This document shows positions 32,310 to 43,102 of a DNA stretch of 64,000 nucleotides, piece after piece (positions within the stretch are counted from its first letter, which is position 1; each line of letters begins with the position of its first letter). The notes below the pieces were generated by a model that saw nothing but the letters and a program-made list of their open reading frames with translations, was not told where the DNA came from and searched no databases. The stretch spans positions 434,245 through 498,244 of the forward strand of contig JAHCIT010000001.1 of the NCBI GenBank assembly GCA_026129095.1, in the 5' to 3' direction. The stretch is from Deltaproteobacteria bacterium (lineage in GTDB: Bacteria > JAGRBM01 > JAHCIT01). Position numbers and translations under genes: made by a program.

Positions 32310-35300
32310 ATGTCAGACGAGGACAACAAGCGGCAAAGTGGAACCAGTGGCGGGGATTCGTTTTCTGCACCCCCTTCTGAGGATTCCTGGGACCTGGACG
32401 AGTTTGCCTCCGACCGGTCAGCACCACCCAATCCCGGCGATATCACCCTGAGTCCGGTGACGCTCGAGCCCACATACAACATCGGGGCAACATCCAAGAT
32501 ACCGGACAACGACCCCGACGTTTGGGATCGAAACCTGGTTACACGGCATCCATTGATGCAGGCCACCGGGAAAAGCGTGCCCCCGCCAAAAGCGGCGGAG
32601 ACTAAGACTATGGGTGGAGACGATTCTGGCGGCTGGGATCTGGATGAATTCAGCTCCAGCAAGCCGGTCGCTTCACAACCGGTGGCAACAGACGACGAGC
32701 CGATAGCAATGACCGCCGAGAATCCGCCGGAAGAAACCGGCTGGGATCTGAATGAGTTCAGTTCCAGGCCAGCAGATCCCGCTCAATCATCTCCGATATC
32801 CCTATCCGGGCCATTGCCAACGCATAATGACGACGAACCTATTGCACTTGAGGCTGAGCCCCCACCCGATACAGTCACTGATGATAGCTGGAGTCTGGAC
32901 GAATTCAGTTCGCCGGCTCCTGTTGCACCGTTCCGTGAAATCTCCACCGTTTCGACTGGGCCAAGCGATGAACCCGTAGCGATGGCTGCCAGTATTCTCC
33001 CTGGGCTTTCGGTGGAATCGCAGCCTGTGAGCATGCCAGCAGATAACAAAGGCGAGACTGACTGGGGCATGGAAGAATTCGAGGCGCCGGAAAATTCATC
33101 TAGTGAAGTTCAATCTGTTTCGTCCGGTGACACTCTGGACCGAATTCTTGAGGTGGAAGAAAAAGACGCCTGGCTGGACACCAGCGCTGCAGCCGAAAGC
33201 TGGAGCGTCCAGCCAATGCGGAACGTGGGGCAAAGCCTTTCCACGGGACAAGACCCCGAAATTGTCACTTCCACTTCCGCGCAATTGCATCCCACAACCG
33301 GCAATGACCATATCGATGTGGTGCTGGAACATCTGGCCAGCGAGCCGCCTTCAGCAAACCGCGATCTCAGGATCGCTTCCGTATATATTGCCGCCTGCGG
33401 CCGTTCCGATAACTTCGATTCCCGCTGGCTTACTGAAGCACGGCGGCTTATAGGTGACCGAAACGATCCGGCGGCGGCGGCACTTCGTGCGCGAATCGCC
33501 GTGATCGAAGAGTCCTCATCAGATGAGCTGGAGCGGCTTGGATCTGGTGTAGGCGGCGGACCAGCAAGCCGGGCACCATGGATCGCCGAATCCCTGAGAC
33601 GCGCCATTGCCGAAAATGCCGATGAGCGTGCCATCCGGCTTGCCTGGGCACTGGCTGAAATCGACCCGGGGCACCCCCTCGCACGGTGGGTTCAGGCCCG
33701 GCACCTGCCGAAGGACCGGCTAGCGGAAACCCGAGACGAAGCTCTTCAGACTGTTGGATCTCCTGCAGCTGCAATCGAACGTGCCCGTCTCCTTGCGGTC
33801 GATCTTGCTGCTGGGAACAGGGCCGGAAATGACCGGATTTCACAGATACTGTCGGCCCTCGGGACAATCCCGACAGATCATCCATTGGCCTCCGTAGCCA
33901 GAGAACTCGGCACACGAATCAACGAGCTCCAGCTCGACTGGAACGCGTGGACTGCTTCCATGAGCGAATATGCCGCCACGCTGCAAGGAGCAGAACAAGC
34001 GGCTGTTTTGTACCGCTTGGCCCGTATTCTTCACGAAGAGCTGGGCGATCTGGATGGTGCTCGTCAGATATACGAAAAATTGCTGGCAGCCGATACTGAA
34101 AATCTCGTGCTTCTCAAGCTTCTGGAGGACGTTGAGCGCAGGAGTGGGCGACCGGATATCCTGCTGACCGTCTTCGATGCGCAGTACCGGGTATTCAAGG
34201 ATGAACAGCTCCGCGCCATCACAGCCGTGAAAGCCGGTCAAGTCGCCGAAGATCAACTCAGAAATCCACAGGCAGCCATCGACTGGTACAGCCGCGCTCT
34301 GGAAGCTGATCCCCGGAATCCTTTTGCACTAAGTTCTATCGGGCGTCTGTTCGCCAAGGCGGGCGAGTGGGAAAAACTCGCTCAGGTATATGAGTTTGAA
34401 GCCGAAGGCGCCACCGACAAACAGCAGAAAGTCGATTTCATGCTGAAGCATGCTGAACTGCTGGCGGAACGTCTGAACCAGCGCGAAATGGCGATAAATG
34501 TACTGCGCTCGGCGCTTCTGATAGATGACAGCAATCTCAATATATACCGGGAACTGGGTCGGCAGCTTAGCGCCAGTCAGCAGTGGGAAGACCTGATCCG
34601 TCTTTATCAGGCTGAAGTAACTTTGACCCGGGACAAGAGCCGGCTGGTGGCTATTTACATGTCGCTTGGTGAACTGTGGCAGAAGGATTTTCAGCCCAGC
34701 GAACCGGTAGACAAGTTCGCCCAGGCTGTCGAATCATACTATCACGCACTTGAAGTAGAACCCGACTATACACCAGCCCTCCGGACGCTGGGACGCCTTT
34801 TTTATGCCACTGAAAACTGGGATCTGCTGATCCGGGTGTATGAAAGGGAAATGGAGTTGCTCGAATCCCCGCGGGCAAAGGCAGCCATCCGGGTCAAGAT
34901 TGCCGAAATTGCCGAAGACCGAAAAAAGGATCTCTCGCTGGCCATCGACAATTTGAGACAGGCTCTGGAGCTCGATCCAGCAAACCAGATGGTGATCAAT
35001 CACCTGTCACGGCTTTCGCCCACACAGAAGAACTGGGATGACCTTGTAGAAGTCTACATTCGCGAGGCGCAGATGACCCGTGACCGCCGCTACGCTGCCG
35101 CCCTGCACCAGCTCATTGGTGAAATCTGGCGCGACCGGTTCCAGTTCATCAAAAAATCAGCTGACAACTTCGAAAAGGCTATCGAACTCGATCCTTCACT
35201 CGAATCAGCCCGCCAGAATCTCGAACGTACCCGGTTCGAGCAACGCACTCCCGCCGAACAGATTGAAGACATTCAGGCATATCTCGCATCGGGTACCCCG

Positions 35301-38300
35301 CAATCACCTTCCGAAGTAGAGCGGTTTGTTTCACTGCTAGCGACCAGTCCTGAACTCATCACCGATTCCCGGTTGGCGCTGGTTCCGGACCGCTTCTGCG
35401 GCCGGGCACTGATTGCACTGGAGCCAGTCCTTAATGCCGTCAAGCTAAGACTGCTGGCCGAGCGGGCGGCTTCAGCCGATGTGGAAGAATCCGCTTATGC
35501 CCGACGGCTTCTCATTGAACTGCCAGGTACCGATGAAATCGCTGAGACTGCCTATATAGAAACGTTATTGCGAGGCGGTGGGCTTTCTATGGCGGACATG
35601 GAGCGTATTTATGCCCGCCTAAGCTCCCGGAAGCCTTCGCTCGGTCATTGGGAACTGAAAGTCGCGCTTCACGAGCGGCTCGGCCGTGGCATGGATGGAC
35701 TGGATGACCTGATCTGGGAAGGAATTGGATTGGGCGGCACCAGTTCCCGGCTCCTCCCACTCCTCGCGGCCCGCGTAAAATCCGGAGATTCCGGAACAGG
35801 CATTTTGGAGTCTCTTCACCATGTGGCCCTGGAAGCCGGTAATACCGAACTCGGACTTCTTGCCATCGAGAAGCTGCTGGCAAGCGGAGTGGCCGGCCCA
35901 AAGCGTGAAAAACTCCTCACAGACCGGGCCCAACTCCTTGCTTCTCTGCCAGACCGCAAGGAAGCGGCCCTCGATGCCGCACGGGAAGTGTTCAAGCTCA
36001 ATCCTGACAGCGAAATCGTAGTATCGCTTATCGGGAGACTCTCGGCAGAGCTTGGGCGCAGCGATGATGCCCGCCTGTTTGCCGAGCGCAGGCTCGCAAA
36101 AGCGACGTCACCTGTCGAAAAGGCCCTTGCTACGGTGGACCTCGCCCGAATCAGCATTGATCTGGAAAAAAATCAGGAAGCCGGAAAACGCATTCTGGAT
36201 GAAGCTCTCTCACTCGACCCTGCCTGTATTAGTGCACACCAGATGAAGGTGTCACTGCTTGAGCAGCAGGGGAATTCCGCCGAACTGGCGTCAGCCCTCG
36301 AAGCGATGGAGCCACAACTTCAACGAAGCGAGCAAATCGCCGTACGTGAACGCTTGGCAACGATTTACGGCGAGGAACTGCGTGAACCCGAACGCCAGCT
36401 ACTTCACCTGGAAGCACTGGTTGGTCTGGAACCACAAATTTCGGCTCGACACGCGGCACTGGCCAGGTTCCATCGGACACGGAACGACTGGCCAGAGCTG
36501 TTTCGCTCCCTCATGTTACAAGCACGGTGTCCTGACACTGAAGCCTCAGCTGCCGAACGGCTTGTATCCGACGCGGCACGGATCGCCATTGATCGCCAGC
36601 TTACCGAAGCCGATCTTGGGGAAGTGTTTTCCTGGGCTTCCTCACAACTCGATTCGGCCACCGATAAGGCCGCTATGCTTACTGCCACCATTGATACCGC
36701 CCGTGCTCTCGACAGGCCGGAAACACTGGCACCACTTCTCGAAAAACGTGCAGCGATGATCGCTGACGAGAAAAAGCAGGTGGCTGACCTTATTGAGGCC
36801 GCCAAACTGTACGAAACCGTGCTCGGCCACGCGGACAAGGCCCAACAACTTTACGCCACTGCAGCCGAACTGGACGACACTCACCCCGCCGCTCTCATGG
36901 CTCAGGCAGAGAAACTGTTCCGGGAAGAAGACTATGGCAAGGCTCTTCCAATCATTCGCAAGGCCTTTGGCGCTGGCATCCAGAAGTCAGAGCCGCGAAT
37001 TCGCGCCGATGCCAATTACATGATGGGGGTCTGCCTGCAGGCAATGGGTGATGCCGAGCAGGCCCGCGGAGCATTTCTGCGTGTCATCGAAGACCAGCCG
37101 ACTCACCGGGATGCGCTGATGTCACTGGCCGAGTATGACGGCCAGAAGGGCGATTGGGCCGCCTTCACACAGCGACTGGAGCAGGTTCTCAAGAATGCCA
37201 CCGAAGAAACTCCCCAGTTCCGTAGCGGAATCCTGAAACGGATCGCCCATGCCCATGAAAACAGCGGCAAATCCGACGAAGCACTCCGGTCCTGGGAAGC
37301 TGTGGTCCGCGAAGATCCCACTGCCAGCGACGCACTTGAGGCCGTCGTGCGACTGGCCATGGCGCGAGGACTGGTCGACCGGGCCAATACCGCACTGGAG
37401 ATTCTGGCCCATCAGTCCGAATCCCTGATGGACAATACCAAGGCCGCCAGATACCGCCTGGAGATCGCCCGAAACCTGGGTACTCATGCAGGGGACTCCG
37501 CCAAGGCACTAGTCGAATACCGGAAAGTTCTGGATCTGGATAGCAATACACCTGAGGCATTATTCAAAGTTGCAGAAGCGGATTTCTCAGCTGGTAAAAC
37601 AGAAGAAGCTGAGGAACTACTCAAACGATTCATTAAGGTAGGCCGAGCCGACACCAAATTAATGCCACAAGCCAATGCGCTACTCGGCAAGATCGCTATT
37701 GCCAAGGGTGATTCCACTGCCGCCCAAACCTATCTGGAGCAGGCCCAGCAGCAGGGAACAGAAGCGTCCGCAACGGCCGAAGCGATGGTTACCCTGCATG
37801 AAAAGAACGGTGAATGGGAAAAGGCCGAGCAGACACTCGAAAAGCTCGCCGACTCGATGCGCAAGGATAACCCTCGTGAAGCGGTTCCGTTTCTGATCCG
37901 GCGGGCCCGGATACTCAAGGCATACCTTAATCGCCGGGATGACGCCATTATGGAAATCCGGCGGGCAATCAGGCTGGATCCGCAAAATCTGGAGCTGCAT
38001 GAGATGCTCGCCGGTATTTTCCGGGAAAATGTGGCCACCATCGGTGAGGCGATCAAGGCCTATCAGGCAATCCTTCACATTGATCCATTCCATCTCCATA
38101 CCTACGACACACTGGCTACAATTTATTCGACCGACTTCGACAAGCGCTTCTGTGCTGGCCAGGCACTTATTGCACTCACCGGTCCCACGACAGACATCGC
38201 TGACTGGGTGGCCGCCCAAAAAAGAAACCAGCCGAATGCCCCCAAAGGGAAGTTCAATCCTGCACAAGCCGGCAGACAGTTCTGGCACCCTGCCTGCCAG

Positions 38301-39083
38301 CATTTCCTTCACGAGTTTCTGCCCCAGCTGGCCATGCCTATCTGCAAGTCGTTTCCCACCGATTTTGTCAAACTCGGTGTACGGCCTGAGCCACTCGCCG
38401 CTGGAACGATACCCGAAGCAATCCAGCGGGTAATGGAACAGATTGGTCCGGTTGAAAATCTCATCTTCGTCCGCGATACGCGGCGTCCCCTTCAAATGGG
38501 TATAGAGCGTGGTCCCAAGGGCCCGGTAGTGCTGATTGGCGACCAGCTTTTTGAAACCGTAAAAGGCCCAGAAGCCTCCTTTGTTGCCGCACGATCACTG
38601 TTTGCCCTGGTAGATGGGTCTTGGGCCCTGAGCCGTCTCGATGCTGATACCGTTCACCGGCTGCTGGCATTATACGGACGGGCTATCGATGAAAATTTCA
38701 AGATTGGCGGCGATCCGGCGGCGATCAAAAGAGACGTCAAACTCGTCGAAAAGGAAATATCGCGCGGATTACGAAAAGAGCTTCAGGCGAAGCTTCCCAA
38801 GTACAGGGAAGCCCACACCCGTGTCGTTGTCCAGTCCTGGCTGGACGGGATCCAGTGTTCCCGCGATCGGTTTGGTCTCGTCATGTGCGGCCATCTTGAA
38901 CCAGCCCTGATCCGGACGGCTGTAAGGCTTGGTGTCATTCAACAGGAACCACTACCAGATCCGAAAACCTGGCCCGACCTGTTCAGGGAACAGCCCCAGT
39001 TCGGCGAACTACTTCGCTATAGCGTCAGTGAGGACTACTTTCTGCAGCGCCGGAACCTTGGTATGGCTCTGGACAGCATCTGA
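32310..39083 (+). CDS. Giant TPR protein (myxobacterial gliding-type, AgmK-like) with acidic disordered N-terminus
   Basis: Many TPR motifs (YSRALEADP, RQALELDP); C-terminal DRFGLVMCG...LLRYSVSEDYFLQRRNLG typical of myxobacterial large TPR proteins. Confidence 0.8.
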   Translation: MSDEDNKRQSGTSGGDSFSAPPSEDSWDLDEFASDRSAPPNPGDITLSPVTLEPTYNIGATSKIPDNDPDVWDRNLVTRHPLMQATGKSVPPPKAAETKTMGGDDSGGWDLDEFSSSKPVASQPVATDDEPIAMTAENPPEETGWDLNEFSSRPADPAQSSPISLSGPLPTHNDDEPIALEAEPPPDTVTDDSWSLDEFSSPAPVAPFREISTVSTGPSDEPVAMAASILPGLSVESQPVSMPADNKGETDWGMEEFEAPENSSSEVQSVSSGDTLDRILEVEEKDAWLDTSAAAESWSVQPMRNVGQSLSTGQDPEIVTSTSAQLHPTTGNDHIDVVLEHLASEPPSANRDLRIASVYIAACGRSDNFDSRWLTEARRLIGDRNDPAAAALRARIAVIEESSSDELERLGSGVGGGPASRAPWIAESLRRAIAENADERAIRLAWALAEIDPGHPLARWVQARHLPKDRLAETRDEALQTVGSPAAAIERARLLAVDLAAGNRAGNDRISQILSALGTIPTDHPLASVARELGTRINELQLDWNAWTASMSEYAATLQGAEQAAVLYRLARILHEELGDLDGARQIYEKLLAADTENLVLLKLLEDVERRSGRPDILLTVFDAQYRVFKDEQLRAITAVKAGQVAEDQLRNPQAAIDWYSRALEADPRNPFALSSIGRLFAKAGEWEKLAQVYEFEAEGATDKQQKVDFMLKHAELLAERLNQREMAINVLRSALLIDDSNLNIYRELGRQLSASQQWEDLIRLYQAEVTLTRDKSRLVAIYMSLGELWQKDFQPSEPVDKFAQAVESYYHALEVEPDYTPALRTLGRLFYATENWDLLIRVYEREMELLESPRAKAAIRVKIAEIAEDRKKDLSLAIDNLRQALELDPANQMVINHLSRLSPTQKNWDDLVEVYIREAQMTRDRRYAAALHQLIGEIWRDRFQFIKKSADNFEKAIELDPSLESARQNLERTRFEQRTPAEQIEDIQAYLASGTPQSPSEVERFVSLLATSPELITDSRLALVPDRFCGRALIALEPVLNAVKLRLLAERAASADVEESAYARRLLIELPGTDEIAETAYIETLLRGGGLSMADMERIYARLSSRKPSLGHWELKVALHERLGRGMDGLDDLIWEGIGLGGTSSRLLPLLAARVKSGDSGTGILESLHHVALEAGNTELGLLAIEKLLASGVAGPKREKLLTDRAQLLASLPDRKEAALDAAREVFKLNPDSEIVVSLIGRLSAELGRSDDARLFAERRLAKATSPVEKALATVDLARISIDLEKNQEAGKRILDEALSLDPACISAHQMKVSLLEQQGNSAELASALEAMEPQLQRSEQIAVRERLATIYGEELREPERQLLHLEALVGLEPQISARHAALARFHRTRNDWPELFRSLMLQARCPDTEASAAERLVSDAARIAIDRQLTEADLGEVFSWASSQLDSATDKAAMLTATIDTARALDRPETLAPLLEKRAAMIADEKKQVADLIEAAKLYETVLGHADKAQQLYATAAELDDTHPAALMAQAEKLFREEDYGKALPIIRKAFGAGIQKSEPRIRADANYMMGVCLQAMGDAEQARGAFLRVIEDQPTHRDALMSLAEYDGQKGDWAAFTQRLEQVLKNATEETPQFRSGILKRIAHAHENSGKSDEALRSWEAVVREDPTASDALEAVVRLAMARGLVDRANTALEILAHQSESLMDNTKAARYRLEIARNLGTHAGDSAKALVEYRKVLDLDSNTPEALFKVAEADFSAGKTEEAEELLKRFIKVGRADTKLMPQANALLGKIAIAKGDSTAAQTYLEQAQQQGTEASATAEAMVTLHEKNGEWEKAEQTLEKLADSMRKDNPREAVPFLIRRARILKAYLNRRDDAIMEIRRAIRLDPQNLELHEMLAGIFRENVATIGEAIKAYQAILHIDPFHLHTYDTLATIYSTDFDKRFCAGQALIALTGPTTDIADWVAAQKRNQPNAPKGKFNPAQAGRQFWHPACQHFLHEFLPQLAMPICKSFPTDFVKLGVRPEPLAAGTIPEAIQRVMEQIGPVENLIFVRDTRRPLQMGIERGPKGPVVLIGDQLFETVKGPEASFVAARSLFALVDGSWALSRLDADTVHRLLALYGRAIDENFKIGGDPAAIKRDVKLVEKEISRGLRKELQAKLPKYREAHTRVVVQSWLDGIQCSRDRFGLVMCGHLEPALIRTAVRLGVIQQEPLPDPKTWPDLFREQPQFGELLRYSVSEDYFLQRRNLGMALDSI

Positions 39084-39087
39084 ACAG

Positions 39088-40092
39088 TTACCCAAGCATC
39101 CACCCCGCCAGATTAAAATAAAACAGAAGTGTAACCATATCGGCGCTAGCCAGCACGATAGGGCCCGAGGCGATCTTTGGATCTCGGTTCAACGCACGAA
39201 CAGCCGTTGGCAGAAGAATACCCAGAAGACATGCCGTTATCATGGATAAGCAAATGCTTACGGCTACCGCCAGCCCCGCCTGCGGTGCGCCCCGCCAGAG
39301 CCAAACGACACCTCCCACGACAGCACCACTTGCTGCACCTAGCAGAAAAGCGGTCTTGAACTCCCGGGAGAGCGAATTCAGGAGTTCACGCCATTTGGGT
39401 GCATGCCCATGAAATCCCTGAATGGTCATGCTCATGGACTGGATGCTTACACTTTCCGCCAAAGCCAGCACGACAGGAATAAAAAGTGCTAATACCACCG
39501 CACTGGCAAGAAGCTGCTCATAAAGCCCCGCAATCAATGCAGCAGCGATCCCGCCGCTGATGTTGCATAGCAGCCAGGGAAAACGGTCGCGAAAACCCGC
39601 CCACGCGTTTGCGCCCTGGACTTTCGACAAATGAACACCAATAAGCTGGAACACATCCCGACTCGCCTGACGCTCCGCAAGCTCAAACATCTCATCAGTA
39701 AAAAGCGTCACATCGACAGATCCGAGCAGCACTCCCTCAGAATCGACAACCGGAAATGCCAGATACCGGTGCAACAGGAACTGCTCACAGGCAACCATTA
39801 CCGTGGCCGTGTCCGGTAGTGTTACAATTTGAGTAACCATGAGGCTGGAAACCGGAGTGTCCGGCTCTGAAACCAGCAGCCGCCGGGTCGGCACAACCCC
39901 CTTCAGCTTCCCATGCTCGTCAACAACATAAAGATATACGACGCCTTCTTCAGGCTTTTGAGACCGAAGCGCAGAAAGAGCCTCGGCGACTGTCTGGCTG
40001 GTAAGCAATGTCACCACACCCCTGCGAACATATTTAACGACCGGGTCGTCGAGATTGTCTTCACCCAATGCCGGTGGCATCAGTTCCTCCAA
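39088..40092 (-). CDS. mgtE: Magnesium transporter MgtE family (CBS pair plus TM domain)
   Basis: YLYVVD, RFPWLL.N, DPKIASGP...ADM. Confidence 0.88.
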   Translation of the reverse strand: MEELMPPALGEDNLDDPVVKYVRRGVVTLLTSQTVAEALSALRSQKPEEGVVYLYVVDEHGKLKGVVPTRRLLVSEPDTPVSSLMVTQIVTLPDTATVMVACEQFLLHRYLAFPVVDSEGVLLGSVDVTLFTDEMFELAERQASRDVFQLIGVHLSKVQGANAWAGFRDRFPWLLCNISGGIAAALIAGLYEQLLASAVVLALFIPVVLALAESVSIQSMSMTIQGFHGHAPKWRELLNSLSREFKTAFLLGAASGAVVGGVVWLWRGAPQAGLAVAVSICLSMITACLLGILLPTAVRALNRDPKIASGPIVLASADMVTLLFYFNLAGWMLG

Positions 40093-40307
40093 GGGCTTTA
40101 ATTATTCTGACAGCCTTACCGCTAAAAGACCGCAGCCAGAGCAGTTTGATTTATCCGGTAATCCCGGTTGGCGGCAAATATTCTGCTCACCTTCATACTT
40201 CTTTAACGTTTTTCAGTCATAGTTCCCCGCAGGCATTGCCCTGAATGGGTGGCCGGATAAGCTGTTCCAGCCGCGACAACTGCCTTTCTTGCGGCCCCGG
40301 AGAGACC

Positions 40308-43097
40308 ATGTCGTCCAGATTGATTACCACCTGCCTTGCTGGTGGTTTATTGCTCACAATGACCTTTGCCGCCTGCGGTTCAAAATCCGATTCCGGTGCC
40401 CCGCCAGAAACCGCACCCAAACTATTCCGTCCGATCCGCCCTGTAACAGGAACCGAGAAAACTTTTCCCGACGGTGCAAGAATGTGGGTGCTGCCAAGTG
40501 GCCAGACGCTGATCGTCCGTCCAGTACCAGGAAATTCCAATGTAACAATTAACACTTGGGTCCGGGTGGGTTCAGCCGACGAGACAGAAGCCAATAATGG
40601 CGTTTCACATTTTCTTGAACACCTCCTTTTCAAGGGAACCGATAAATTCGGACCCCGTGACCTAGATGTGGCTTTTGAGGGCGCGGGTGGCGATATTAAC
40701 GCTTCCACTTCCAGCGACTTTACCAACTATTTCGTTACAGCACAGGCGTCCGAATTCGAGCGGATGCTGGAAATCCATGCCGACATGATCCAGCACGCCA
40801 CCATCCCTGCAGATGAACTGGAACAGGAACGCAAGGTGGTGATAGAGGAGATCAATCGGGCCAACGACAGCCCGATGCGCCGTCTGTTCATGAATTTGAA
40901 CAGCCTTGCCTACCGTCAACATCCTTACCGGCTGGATACCCTCGGTCCTGCATCAAACATCGCCTCGATTTCGAGAGAGAGCATTCTCAGCTATTACGAG
41001 CAGCACTATTCCCTGAGTAACCTGATCACGGTTGTCGCCGGAGGAGTAGACCCAGAAACAGTCAAGAATCTGGTCGAAAAGCACTTTCGCACCGGACGTA
41101 CTGGTGGGGCATCTCCAGTGGAAGCACCGCCTGAACCCTGGCCTACGGAAGAACGGCGTGCTGATTCCCGTATGGGCGTGAAGAAGGCCTATGTGGCCGT
41201 TGCCTGGCGGACGGTCCCGGCAGGGATCCTCCAAGAGTCAGTCGCCCTGGATGTGGCGGCTGAGGTGCTGGGACAGGGTGAATCTTCACGTCTTCACCAG
41301 CGACTTGTGCGACGCGAGCAGATCGCCAACAGCGTAAGTGCCTATTCAATGAACAGCCGTGATGGCGGCGTGTTCGCGGTACTGGCAGTATGCGAGCCAG
41401 AAAAGGCCGCCCGCGTCGAAGCCGCTATCCTCGAGGAAATCGAACTGCTCCGGACCGAAGGTCCCCAACCCAACGAGCTTCGTAAGGTAATTGAACAGAC
41501 CCGCCGCCAGTTCATTTATGATACCGAGTCCTCCAAAGGGATCACCTTCTCGCTTGGCTGGTATGCAACTGTCGCCTCCCCAGAACTTTATTATGAATAT
41601 CTGCCCATCCTGGAACATACCGATGCCCGGGCCGTTCAAACAGCTGTGAAGCAATATCTCCGTGCCAAGCGGACACTCGTAAGCCGAGTGTTGCCAGAGG
41701 CATTTGATCTGGCAAAGTTGGAGCCTGCCGTCACGATTACACCGGCCAAACGCGCCCCACTGCCAACGACCAAAGAGGCCGAAACCTCCGTTTCGCAGCC
41801 GTCAACGGATATTCCATCAGCACAGAAACTGGAGACAAAAGAGTACCGGCTCAAACTGGGCGGAACACTGATTGTCCGGGCGAACCCCTCCAATGATGTG
41901 CTTGCCATACGTATACTGTTCAAGGGCGGAAACCGTCTTCAGCCTGTTCCGGGAATGACAGATCTGCTGGCGCGCATGCTGACCAAGGGAGCTGGTTCAC
42001 GAAATGCTGCCGAGTTCGCCGCTTACGCAGAAGAGAATGGCATCGATATCTCGGCCCGGGCCGAAAACGACTATCTGGAAATTACCGCACAGGGTATCCG
42101 CGGCGATCAGGACCGGATGCTGGAGCTGTTGAGTGACGTGATCTACAGGCCGTTGCTGACAGCCGAGGACATGGAAATAGAGCGGTCACTCATATTGAAA
42201 GGCATTGTGAGCAGCCGGGATCGTCCGGAGCGGCTGGCCAATGAAAAACTTTTGCTCAATCTCTATCCGGGTCATGGCTACGGAGATGTTGGTGAACGAA
42301 TCGAGACAGCCCTCCCAAAGCTCACACGCAAGCAACTCATCGATTATTACCAGGCACAGGTAAACCCTGCTACGATGGTGGTAGCCGTTGTCGGAAATGT
42401 TGTACCCGATTCAATCCGGGACCACTTCGATTCCGCCTTTTCAATGGAACGTGAGGGTACTGCCGAGAGCTTTCAGAAACTGCTGAAAAGTGCCCGCAAG
42501 GCGGCGACTGCACCTGCTTCTCCCATAACGGTCAAAACACCCCGCCCCACCGAGCAGACGCATGTATTTCGTTCATATCTGACCGTTCCGGTCATGCACC
42601 CGGACTATCCCGCACTCAAGGTACTTTCGGCACTGCTCGGGCAGGGGCTTTCGTCACGGCTTTTTGTCGAACTGCGCGATAAGCAGGGACTTGCTTACAC
42701 TACTTATGCGAATTTTCCTCACGGTTTCGACCCGACGGGCTTTACGCTCTATATCGCCACCGACCCAAAGAATACGCAGGCGGTTCTTTCCGGATTCGAC
42801 GAACAGGTGCTGCGCCTACGGAAAGAAAAAATCAGTCCGGCGGAAGTCGAATTTGCCCGAAACAAGTTTCTTGGCCGGTTTCACCTGGCGCACGAAAAGA
42901 ATATGGATCAGGCCTTTTATCTCGCTTTCTATGAACTGGCCGGTTTCGGCTGGACCTATGACAGCGAATTTCCCCGGAGGATACAGAGCGTGAAAGCTGG
43001 CGATCTCACCAGAGTAGCAAACCGCTACCTGTCAAAACCCTCCGTTACGAGCATTCTGGGCCCTCCCGCTGCCATTGGAGCCCAGCCAAAGCAGTAA
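40308..43097 (+). CDS. M16 (pitrilysin-family) zinc peptidase, lipoprotein
   Basis: Lipobox FAAC, HFLEHLLFKGT, second half with SRLFVELRDKQGLAY. Confidence 0.92.
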   Translation: MSSRLITTCLAGGLLLTMTFAACGSKSDSGAPPETAPKLFRPIRPVTGTEKTFPDGARMWVLPSGQTLIVRPVPGNSNVTINTWVRVGSADETEANNGVSHFLEHLLFKGTDKFGPRDLDVAFEGAGGDINASTSSDFTNYFVTAQASEFERMLEIHADMIQHATIPADELEQERKVVIEEINRANDSPMRRLFMNLNSLAYRQHPYRLDTLGPASNIASISRESILSYYEQHYSLSNLITVVAGGVDPETVKNLVEKHFRTGRTGGASPVEAPPEPWPTEERRADSRMGVKKAYVAVAWRTVPAGILQESVALDVAAEVLGQGESSRLHQRLVRREQIANSVSAYSMNSRDGGVFAVLAVCEPEKAARVEAAILEEIELLRTEGPQPNELRKVIEQTRRQFIYDTESSKGITFSLGWYATVASPELYYEYLPILEHTDARAVQTAVKQYLRAKRTLVSRVLPEAFDLAKLEPAVTITPAKRAPLPTTKEAETSVSQPSTDIPSAQKLETKEYRLKLGGTLIVRANPSNDVLAIRILFKGGNRLQPVPGMTDLLARMLTKGAGSRNAAEFAAYAEENGIDISARAENDYLEITAQGIRGDQDRMLELLSDVIYRPLLTAEDMEIERSLILKGIVSSRDRPERLANEKLLLNLYPGHGYGDVGERIETALPKLTRKQLIDYYQAQVNPATMVVAVVGNVVPDSIRDHFDSAFSMEREGTAESFQKLLKSARKAATAPASPITVKTPRPTEQTHVFRSYLTVPVMHPDYPALKVLSALLGQGLSSRLFVELRDKQGLAYTTYANFPHGFDPTGFTLYIATDPKNTQAVLSGFDEQVLRLRKEKISPAEVEFARNKFLGRFHLAHEKNMDQAFYLAFYELAGFGWTYDSEFPRRIQSVKAGDLTRVANRYLSKPSVTSILGPPAAIGAQPKQ

Positions 43098-43102
43098 ACA
43101 GG

